Assembly: GCA_965214715.1 (NCBI GenBank)
Contig: OZ243971.1
Span: 2,256,326 to 2,320,325, forward strand
From: Caldilineaceae bacterium
GTDB taxonomy: Bacteria; Chloroflexota; Anaerolineae; Caldilineales; Caldilineaceae
Direction: 5' to 3'
DNA: 64,000 nt
Shown: piece by piece, positions 37,753-46,355 of the stretch
Layout: each line of letters starts with the position of its first letter
Numbering within the stretch: the stretch's first letter is position 1
Program-made: the position numbers and the translations under genes
Notes under the pieces: generated by a model
Database searches by the model: none
Told to the model about the DNA's origin: nothing
The model's input: the letters and a program-made list of their open reading frames with translations, nothing else

Positions 37753-39942
37753 ATGGCGCTGGGCCTGGCCTGCGTACCCTGGCTGGCCCTGCTGGGCTGG
37801 ATGACCGCCCTGACCTGGTTTCTGACGGATGATGCCTTCATCAGTTTCCGGTACGTGCGCAACCTGCTGGAAGGCCACGGTCTCGTCTTCAACCCCGGCG
37901 AGCGCGTCGAGGGGTACTCCAACTTTCTGTGGATCCTGGAACTGGCCGCCATCTGGCGGGTGGGGGGCGTGGAGCCCGAAGTTGCATCCCGGTGGCTGTC
38001 GGTCGTCTGCACCGTGGGCACCCTCGGCACCCTGCTGTGGTGGATGGCGCACCAGCCTGCGGTGGGACACCGCGGGCTGGTGATCTGGATGGCGCTGGGA
38101 CTGGTGTGCAGCAGCGCGACGTTCGCCGTGTGGACCTCGGGAGGCGGCCTGGAAACGCGGCAGTTCAGCCTGTTTGTGGTGGTGGCCGTGGTGTGCCTGG
38201 GCCTCTACCGTCACCACCCCGCGGGGCTGCTGGCCGCGTCGCTCAGTCTGGCGGGGGCGGCCCTGACCCGGCCCGAGGGGCCGCTGCTGGCTCTCTGCTG
38301 TTTTGGCTGGTTCCTCGGCCAACGGATGGCGGTGGCCGGCCGGGAGGGGCTGCACCGGGAGGGCCGGCGGGCCCTCCTCTGTCTGGTCGGACCGTGCGTG
38401 GCCCTGGTCGGGGCCCATTTCCTGTTCCGGTATGCGTACTATGGCGAGTGGCTGCCCAACACCTACCATGCCAAGCACGTCCGGGCGTGGTACGAGTCCG
38501 GCTTCCGCTACCTGTGGGCGGCGGCCCTGGAGACGGGGCTGTACCTGTGGCTGCCCCTGGCCTACATGGCCGCGCGGGCGCAGTGGCGCCAGCACCGGGA
38601 TGGCACGTTCGCGCTGGGGCTGGGGCTGGTGGGTACGCACATGGCCTATGTGATGCACATGGGGGGCGACCATTTCGAGTACCGTCCGCTGGACTTCTAC
38701 TGGCCCCTGCTGGCCTTCCCCGCCGCCACGGGTCTGGCGGGCCTGGCCGCGCGGATTGTGACCCGGGACCCGGGGCGGCCCCGCGCGCCCTTCCGGCGTT
38801 GGGGGGGGAGTGTGGACACAGGCGCCCGGGCCATGATGCTGATGCTCTTCGCGCCGGTCTGGTTCTATGCCAGTGCCCTGCAGGGGCTCCTGTTATATGA
38901 GGGGAGCCGGATCCATGAGTACATTCCGAGACTGCACATTGAGCTCGATCATGCAAATGCCCGGTGGTTACGGGTCGCCCCCGGCATGCCCATGCTGACC
39001 GCGGTTTCCAACGATCTGCGCCGCTTGATGGCGGTGCATAAGGTCGCCTCCCCTTTCACGCTACACCGCGCGTTCGCCAACCAGCAGATCCGAAGATGGA
39101 AGCCATACTACGTGCATATGGAGAGGGGCGTGATGCCGGATGATGCCCTGATGGCCGGCGGTGCCCTCGGCATTCGCTTCTACTACCTGCCGGACCTGGC
39201 GGTCATTGATCTCCACGGCTTGACCGACGCGACGATCGCGCGCCATCCGGTCACGATCCCCAACCACCAGCGCGCCATGGCCCATGACCGCAGCCCACCG
39301 GCCGGGTACCTGGAGGCCCGGGGCGTCAATTTCACGGTATACCCGGCGGCGGCCAGCGCCTCGGCCGCGTTGCGCCGCGCGGAGTACGCCCTGCCCGTGG
39401 GACCCGACCTGTGGATGCCGTTCGATGCCCCGGAGCGACAGTGGGTCCTCGATCGCTTTGCCCGCCAGAACCTGGTGACCTATATATGCCTGACAGGCCC
39501 TCCGGACCCGGCCGCGGGGAGCGCGTGGGGTGTGGACTGTGCGCCAGAGGACCGGATCGTGTGGGCCGGGGCGGACGCCTGGCGATCCCGTCTGCTCCGG
39601 GACCGCCGGCCCGTCATCCAGTCCGCCTGGGACGTGTATCACCTGGGCGACCGTCTGGTCTACGTCAGGGAACCCTGCGGACCGGCAGATGTGGCTGCCT
39701 CCCCCTTCTTCCTGCATGTGGTCCCGGTCCATCCCCAGGACCTCCCCGTCCCGCGCCGGTCCTATGGCTTTGACAACCTTGACTTCCACTTCCCGCAATA
39801 CGGCGTGATGTTCCGCGGATGGTGCCTGGCGGAGGTCCCGCTCCCGGCCTACCGGATCCGGAGCCTCCGCACCGGCCAGTATGTACGCCGGGAGGACAGT
39901 TTCCAGCATGTCTGGGAAGGCGAATTCCGCCATGTCCCATAG
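37753..39942 (+). CDS. GT-C-like polytopic membrane protein (DDAFISFRY...NPGERVEGYSNFLW loop) with one C-terminal family domain (paralogue C)
   Basis: 729-aa intact frame from the internal ATG at 37753. The frame stays open upstream to the TGA at 37639-37641. 96-97% identical to the next copy by eye. Glycosyltransferase assignment rests on a recalled motif only. Confidence 0.8.
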   Translation: MALGLACVPWLALLGWMTALTWFLTDDAFISFRYVRNLLEGHGLVFNPGERVEGYSNFLWILELAAIWRVGGVEPEVASRWLSVVCTVGTLGTLLWWMAHQPAVGHRGLVIWMALGLVCSSATFAVWTSGGGLETRQFSLFVVVAVVCLGLYRHHPAGLLAASLSLAGAALTRPEGPLLALCCFGWFLGQRMAVAGREGLHREGRRALLCLVGPCVALVGAHFLFRYAYYGEWLPNTYHAKHVRAWYESGFRYLWAAALETGLYLWLPLAYMAARAQWRQHRDGTFALGLGLVGTHMAYVMHMGGDHFEYRPLDFYWPLLAFPAATGLAGLAARIVTRDPGRPRAPFRRWGGSVDTGARAMMLMLFAPVWFYASALQGLLLYEGSRIHEYIPRLHIELDHANARWLRVAPGMPMLTAVSNDLRRLMAVHKVASPFTLHRAFANQQIRRWKPYYVHMERGVMPDDALMAGGALGIRFYYLPDLAVIDLHGLTDATIARHPVTIPNHQRAMAHDRSPPAGYLEARGVNFTVYPAAASASAALRRAEYALPVGPDLWMPFDAPERQWVLDRFARQNLVTYICLTGPPDPAAGSAWGVDCAPEDRIVWAGADAWRSRLLRDRRPVIQSAWDVYHLGDRLVYVREPCGPADVAASPFFLHVVPVHPQDLPVPRRSYGFDNLDFHFPQYGVMFRGWCLAEVPLPAYRIRSLRTGQYVRREDSFQHVWEGEFRHVP

Positions 39943-42188
39943 CCAGCGAGGCGTACAGACGCCGACCAGCGGTCGCCACCCCGGACGGGGCCTGGTGCTG
40001 GGCCTGGCCTGCGTACCCTGGCTGGCCCTGCTGGGCTGGATGACCGCCCTGACCTGGTTTCTGACCGATGATGCCTTCATCAGCTTCCGGTACGTGCGCA
40101 ACCTGCTGGAAGGCCACGGTCTCGTCTTCAACCCCGGCGAGCGCGTCGAGGGGTACTCCAACTTTCTGTGGATCCTGGAACTGGCCGCCATCTGGCGGGT
40201 GGGGGGTGTGGGGCCCGAAGTTGCGTCCCGGTGGCTGTCGGTCGTCTGCACCGTGGGCACCCTCGGCACCCTGCTGTGGTGGATGGCGCGCCAGCCCGCG
40301 GTGCCCCACCGCAGGCTGGTGACCTGGATGGCGCTGGGACTGGTGTGCAGCAGCGCGACGTTCGCCGTGTGGACCTCGGGGGGCGGCCTGGAAACGCGGC
40401 AGTTCAGCCTGTTTGTGGTGGTGGCCGTGGTGTGCCTGGGCCTCTACCGGCACCACCCCGCGGGGCTGCTGGCCGCGTCGCTCAGTCTGGCGGGGGCGGC
40501 CCTGACCCGGCCCGAGGGGCCGCTGCTGGCTCTCTGCTGTTTTGGCTGGTTCCTCGGCCAACGGATGGCGGTGGCCGGCCGGGAGGGGCTGCACCGGGAG
40601 GGCTGGCGGGCCCTCCTCTGTCTGGTTGGACCGTGCGTGGCCCTGGTCGGGGCCCATTTCCTGTTCCGGTATGCGTACTATGGCGAGTGGCTGCCCAACA
40701 CCTACCATGCCAAGCACGTCCGGGCGTGGTACGAGTCCGGCTTCCGCTACCTGTGGGCGGCGGCCCTGGAGACGGGGCTGTACCTGTGGCTGCCCCTGGC
40801 CTACATGGCCGCGCGGGCGCAGTGGCGCCAGCACCGGGATGGCACGTTCGCGCTGGTGCTGCTTCTGCTTGGTACGCACATGGCGTATGTGATGCACATG
40901 GGGGGCGACCATTTCGAGTACCGTCCGCTGGACTTCTACTGGCCCCTGCTGGCCTTCCCCGCCGCCACGGGTCTGGCGGGCCTGGCCGCGCGGATTGTGA
41001 CCCGGGACCCGGGGCGGCCCCGCGCGCCCTTCCGGCGTTGGGGGGGGAGTGTGGACACAGGCACCCGGGCCATGATGCTGATGCTCTTCGCGCCGGTCTG
41101 GTTCTATGCCAGTGCCCTGCAGGGGCTCCTGTTATATGAGGGGAGCCGGATCCATGAGTACATTCCGAGACTGCACATTGAGCTCGATCATGCAAATGCC
41201 CGGTGGTTACGGGTCGCCCCCGGCATGCCCATGCTGACTGCGGTTTCCAACGATCTGCGCCGCCTGATGGCGGCGCATCAGGTCGCCGCCCCTTTCACGC
41301 TACACCGCGCGTTGGCCAACCAGCAGATCCGAAGATGGAAGCCATACTACGTGCATATGGAGAGGGGCGTGATGCCAGATGATGCCCTGATGGCCGGCGG
41401 TGCCCTCGGCATTCGCTTCTACTACCTGCCGGACCTGGCGGCCATTGATCGGTTCGGCTTGACCGACGCGACGATCGCGCGCCATCCGGTCACGACCCCC
41501 AACCACCAGCGCAGGATGGCCCATGACCGCAGCCCACCGGCCGGGTACCTGGAGGCCCGGGGCGTCAATATCACGGTATACCCGGCGGCGGCCAGCGCCT
41601 CGGCCGCGTTGCGCCGCGCGGAGTACGCCCTGTCCGTGGGGCCCGACCTGTGGATGCCGTTCGATGCCCCGGAGCGACAGTGGGTCCTCGATCGCTTTGC
41701 CCGCCAGAACCTGGTGACCTATATATGCCTGACAGGCCCTCCGGACCCGGCCGCGGGGAGCGCGTGGGGCGTGGACTGTGCACCTGAGGACCGCATCGTG
41801 TGGTCCGGGGCGGACGCCTGGCGGTCCCGTCTGCTCCGGGACCGCCGGCCCGTCATCCAGTCCGCCTGGGACGTGTATCACCTGGGCGACCGTCTGGTCT
41901 ACGTCAGGGAACCCTGCGGACCGGCAGATGTGGCTACCCCCCCCCCCATTCTTCCTGCATGTGGTCCCGGTCCACCCCCAGGACCTCCCTGCCCCGCGCC
42001 GGGCCTATGGCTTTGACAACCGCGACTTCCGCTTCCCGCAATACGGCATGATGTTCCCCGGGGGGTGCCTGGCGGAGGTCCCGCTCCCGGCCTACCGGAT
42101 CCGGAGCCTCCGCACCGGCCAGTATGTACGCCGGGAGGACGACGGTTTCCAGCATGTCTGGGAAGGCGAATTCCGCCCTGCCCCATAG
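39932..42188 (+). pseudogene. GT-C-like membrane protein, paralogue D, frame broken at a C11 run (phase-OFF state or pseudogene)
   Basis: ATG 39932 overlaps the stop of paralogue C (ATGTCCCATAG). The frame runs to 42016. The C-terminal domain (FFLHVVPVHPQDLPAPRRAYGFDNRDF...EGEFRPAP*) continues in the +1 frame to 42188. Confidence 0.75.
41937..41947 (+). repeat. C11 homopolymer inside paralogue D
   Basis: GCT A C11 A TTC TTC CTG, compared with GCT GCC TCC CCC TTC TTC CTG in paralogue C. Confidence 0.95.
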
Positions 42189-42259
42189 GCAGCGAGGAGG
42201 AAGGAAGCCGGCCAGCGGTCGCCATCCCGGACGGGGCCTGGCGCTGGGCCTGGCCTGCG

Positions 42260-42596
42260 GGCCCTGGGAGGTGGTGCACGGCGGTCCTGCACCCAAAGCG
42301 CTGGTGCAAAAGGCCAGGCAATTGCGCAAGCAGGAAACCCGCCGGGGAGAACAATACGACAGAGTCTATTGCGTTTTTGATCGCGACGACCATGAAAGCT
42401 TTGAGGCCGCCAGTGCCTTCCTGATTATTGCAAAGGGATGCAGGGACTGTTCAAGACCCTCAACAGCAGCCTGGAAAGGGCCCTGCGGAATGCCGTCAAC
42501 GTGGCAAAAGACGCAAGCACAACAGGTGATCCCAACCCCTCCACGGAAGTCCACGAGCTGGTGAGATTTCTGCAGTCCCTTAAACCTGCTGCATGA
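42260..42596 (+). pseudogene. RloB-like protein, remaining fragments (internal deletion and frameshift)
   Basis: EVVHGGPAPKALVQKARQL...YDRVYCVFDRDDHESFEAA, then in another frame (42438..42596) ...DPNPSTEVHELVRFLQSL*, resembling the RloB-like middle and C-terminal motifs. Confidence 0.55.
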
Positions 42597-42940
42597 AGAA
42601 AAATACACTCATCGAAAACAGGAATTTGCGGTATTCCTGTAAAGGGGGACAACCCAGTTCCTCTGTTTCAGAAGAATGGCGGGACCGGAGTTGTTTTGGC
42701 CAGGACCTGTGACAAATCCACGGCATCAGGGGATTGATACAGGGTTGCTGCACCTACAATCATGGCTGTAGGTCTGCGACTGACCGGTGCCATGGCACCC
42801 ACCTGGAAGCCGTGCAGAGCGCAAGCTGTTCCCTGACAGGGACAGATACGTTAATATCGGCATCAGGTATGGCTGATATGAAATCACATGATTGATAACA
42901 AAGCGCGACTTTGTGCCAAGTCGCGCCAGGAGGAAGACCT

Positions 42941-44677
42941 ATGCAGACCACACGACCCCCTGTTTGCAGCCGGGGCTACCTCATATCCACCGATCACTAT
43001 CTGGCCACGATGGCGGGATTCAAAATCCTGGAACAGGGCGGCAACGCCGCAGACGCAGGCGTGGCTGCCGGTCTATGCCTCAATGTAGTAGTGCCGGAAT
43101 CTGCCCACTTTGGCGGTGTGGCACCCATCATTTACGGATCTGGCGACGGCGGGCCTGTCGAAACCATCAGCGGCCTGGGTCGCTGGCCCAAGGCGGCCAG
43201 CATCCGGCACTTCATGCAGCATCACGGCGGGGACATGCCCGAGGGCATTCCGCGGACGGTCACGCCGGCAGCACCCGATGCATGGCTGAGCGCCTTGGCC
43301 CGATGGGGCACCATGACCTTTGAGGAGGTCGTACAGCCCGCCCTGAAACTGGCGCAGGACGGCCGGCCTGTAGATGACCGATTTCACCGGGCCCTGCAGG
43401 CACCGTCCATTCGGGCCTATCCCACCACTGCTGCCACCTTTCTGCCTGCCGGAGTGCCCCTGCCACCGGGCCAACTCTTCATGCAGCCCGACTTGGCCAA
43501 CACGTTCCAGCGCATGATCGAGGCCGAGCACCGGAGTTGGGGCAACCGTAGGCAAGGAATTCGAGGGGCCCGCGACCTGATCTACCGGGGCGAGATTGCA
43601 CGGGAAATCGCTGCCTTTCATGCGCAGGCAGGGAGCCTGTTGACCTATGAGGATCTGTGCCATTTCACAGTGCTGGTGGAAGCGCCGGAGATTATTCGCT
43701 ACCGAGATCTCGATGTGCTCAGCTGTGGTCCCTGGTGCCAGGGGCCTTCGCTCCTGATGGCGCTGCGCATATTGGAGCATCTGGAACTCAGGACAATGGG
43801 GCACAATTCCGCCGATTATCTGCATGTGCTGCTGGAGACGCTCAAGTTGGTATTTGCAGACCGTGAGGCCTATTTTGGGGATCCCGGTTTTGTCAGGGTG
43901 CCTATGCAGGGCCTGCTGCATCCAGACTATGCACAGACGCGCCGGAGTCGCATTGATCGGCACGCAGCGGCGCCCCGCATGCCTGCCTGCGGGGAACCTG
44001 GACCTTTCGAGTCCAATCAGTCCGGTCCTCACGACCGCGTATCGCAGGGTGTCGCAGATTCTCCCCTTGACGCGCGGAAAACCCCATGGGAGAGCGACAC
44101 CAGTTATCTTTGCGTGGTTGACGGGGAAGGCAATGCCTTCTCCGCCACACCTTCCGACGGCATTGGAGGGGGGGCTGTCGTACCCGGTCTAGGCTTCCCT
44201 ATTTCACATAGGGGAACCCAAAGCTGGCTGGATCCAGACCATGCTTCTGCTCTTCAACCCGGAAAACGACCTCGACTGACCCCCAATCCGGCCTTGGTCA
44301 TGCAGAACGGTCAGCCATACATGCCGTTTGGGTGTCCCGGGGGCGATGCACAGGTACAGGGCATGCTCCAGGTTTTTCTGAACGTCGTGGAGTTCGGCAT
44401 GGATATTCAAAGCGCGATTGAGGCGCCGCGGGTCATCTCGCACAGTTTCCCCAATTCATTTTGGCCCCATATCAGCCTGGACGGTGCAGTTACGGTGGAG
44501 ACGCGCATCCCCGAAAACGTCAGGTCCAACCTGCAAGGCAAGGGACACATCTTGAATGAAGATGGAGACTGGAGTGGGCAGGTGAGCCGAGTGTGCGCCA
44601 TCACCATCGATCCCAAGTCGCGATTGCGCACAGGAGGTGCGGATCCTCGCACCACTGCATATGCAGCAGGATGGTGA
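42941..44677 (+). CDS. ggt: gamma-glutamyltranspeptidase family protein
   Basis: Autoprocessing/catalytic Thr context DTSYLCVVDGEGNAFSATPS and C-terminal GADPRTTAYAAGW. RBS AGGAGGAAG before ATG 42941. Confidence 0.9.
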   Translation: MQTTRPPVCSRGYLISTDHYLATMAGFKILEQGGNAADAGVAAGLCLNVVVPESAHFGGVAPIIYGSGDGGPVETISGLGRWPKAASIRHFMQHHGGDMPEGIPRTVTPAAPDAWLSALARWGTMTFEEVVQPALKLAQDGRPVDDRFHRALQAPSIRAYPTTAATFLPAGVPLPPGQLFMQPDLANTFQRMIEAEHRSWGNRRQGIRGARDLIYRGEIAREIAAFHAQAGSLLTYEDLCHFTVLVEAPEIIRYRDLDVLSCGPWCQGPSLLMALRILEHLELRTMGHNSADYLHVLLETLKLVFADREAYFGDPGFVRVPMQGLLHPDYAQTRRSRIDRHAAAPRMPACGEPGPFESNQSGPHDRVSQGVADSPLDARKTPWESDTSYLCVVDGEGNAFSATPSDGIGGGAVVPGLGFPISHRGTQSWLDPDHASALQPGKRPRLTPNPALVMQNGQPYMPFGCPGGDAQVQGMLQVFLNVVEFGMDIQSAIEAPRVISHSFPNSFWPHISLDGAVTVETRIPENVRSNLQGKGHILNEDGDWSGQVSRVCAITIDPKSRLRTGGADPRTTAYAAGW

Positions 44678-44867
44678 CTCTCTGCCACGGCAATAAGGCT
44701 CGCGTGATCTTGAAAGAGCGAGGGGAGAGAGCGCAGAACGGTAGAGTTGCCTGAGAGTGCTACGCTTTTCGTCTGTTTGACACTCTAGAATTTGCAGGAC
44801 TAATGTGGCCTGACCGAAGTCAAGTCGTACCTCTTCGGAATCCTAAAGATTGAGGAGTAACGCACTA

Positions 44868-45806
44868 ATGACCGCCGGACATTGCGCCGCCGCGATCCCC
44901 GGCTGAAGCCCCGAGCACGGGACCGGGTGGAAATTGTCGGTTCTTTGCCTAGGGCTGGACCGTACCCGCCGGGCCGCGCCTCTGGATATCTGTCTGGCCA
45001 CGGTGCGCCGTTGGATCCACTAGTGGATAGTTAAAAACTGCAAAGTCCCACATTTTGGAGGACAAGCCGCGCCTGTGAGCTGCTGCTGGGACTCCTCATT
45101 TCCCCTGGCAGCGCGAATCGCCTCCTGCACTCTGGCGTCATCGTGCAACCTACCCTTGCGAGCCGGCAGGCGACAGTGGCCTATCCGCGCGCTCCCCAGT
45201 AGCACGTCTGGCACTGCGCCATCGTACTGGCCACGGCCGAGGGCGTGGGCCCGCAGGCCCTCATGCGCCGCACCGGCAAGGCCAAGCAGAGGTGTGGTGC
45301 TGGCAGGAACGGTTCATGCAGGCGAGCGGGGACGGCAGGCTGCGCGATGCCCCGCGGCCTCTGGACAACCTCCCACGCCGGAGGGCCAGGTGCAGATGAT
45401 GCTGATCCGGACCTTGGGACCACCCCCCGCCGGCGCGTCCCAGTGGACTACCCGCTGCATGGCGCAGGAGTTTCGGGCCTTTCGGACTCACCTGGCCCTA
45501 CAGGTCCCCCAGCAGCCGGTGCACCTGATCCTGGACAACTATTCCACGTACAAGACCCAGAGTGTCCCCGAAGGGCTGGCAGCGCACCCGCGCTGGCACT
45601 TTCATTTCACGTCTTCTCCCGTTCCTGGAGGAACGCCGTGGAGAGCCTTTGCGCGCAGCCTGACGTGGGGTTGCTGTCGCCTCCCTGGAGACCTTGGCGC
45701 ATGCCATGCATCAGTGTCTGGCGGCCCATAACATCCAGACCGCGCGCCCGTTCGTGTGGCATCGGGATCCCGAGACGACCATTGCGGCTCGCAAAAGAGG
45801 ATACCC
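44868..45806 (+). mobile_element. degraded IS630-family transposase gene (frameshifts and a large internal deletion)
   Basis: PAGASQWTTRCMAQEF, HLILDNYSTYKTQ...HPRWHFHFT, SWRNAVESL and HNIQTARPFVWHRDPE occur in three different frames. Confidence 0.6.
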
Positions 45807-45813
45807 TTGGTTA

Positions 45814-45982
45814 GGGACTTATATACCTAAGTACACAGACTCGGATATATCCTGTTCACGGGTCATCAGGGTGCCCAACGGCAACGCCCTTCGCCGTCCC
45901 ATGGGCCGTGGAGTACCATGTTGCACTCCGGTACAGCGGAGGTGTACCACACATGCCGCGTGTACTTAGGTATGTAATTCCC
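45814..45982. mobile_element. MITE-like element, copy B (169 bp)
   Basis: Terminal inverted repeats GGGACTTATATACCTAAGTACAC / GTGTACTTAGGTATGTAATTCCC. Perfect 8-bp direct repeat CTTGGTTA on both sides. Confidence 0.7.
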
Positions 45983-46355
45983 CTTGGTTACAAACAATCC
46001 ACTAGGGGAGGCCTAGGGTCTGAAGTCCCTGCGCCCCTGATGGACCGGTCACCCGCCCGCGAGCCGCAGCCTTGTCCCAGCAGGGGCTGGCGATGCGGCC
46101 GCGCACGGTGCGCAAGTATCTGCACCTTATGGGGCCCGCTACCGGCGCACTCATGCGTGTCGGCGGCACACACAGTACGTACTTGGCCGGCAACCATGAC
46201 CTGCTCAGGATGTTCCTGATAGCGAAGACAAGGGTTGGCATCGTTGTGGAAGCTCAGGCAAGAACACGGCACTATGCGGCACAGCGCGGAGTCTGGCGCC
46301 AGATCCTGCAGACAGTAGAGCACGCGCACTTGCTTTGCCTTCCATCTGCGAAACG

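Larger units (their letters stand above)
37714..42259 (+). repeat. tandem array: two full units of about 2.24 kb plus a 65-bp start of a third
   Basis: GTACAGACGCCG(G/A)CCAGCGGTCGCCACCCCGGACGG... recurs at 37714 and 39953 and partly at about 42205. The third unit stops at ...GGCCTGGCCTGCG (42259). Confidence 0.9.

Noticed and set aside
38801-38808. G8 runs inside paralogues C and D (38801-38808 and 41040-41047).
   Set aside because: Same length and in frame in both copies (RRWGGSVD). Shorter than the tracts that show length differences. Noted but not treated as a switch.
37714-42259. The tandem 2.24-kb repeats, or any other repeats, as a CRISPR array or satellite.
   Set aside because: The units are full-length protein-coding genes. 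No short direct repeats with unique spacers occur anywhere in the window.
42640-42675. Possible degenerate copy of the tRNA-Val 3' end (GGGGGACAACCCAGTTCCTCTGTTTC versus GGGGGTTCAAGTCCCTCTCTGCC) as an att site for island integration.
   Set aside because: Only about 10 of 14 matches in the best stretch. It is on the wrong side to bracket the lower-G+C DNA cleanly. Too weak to call by eye.
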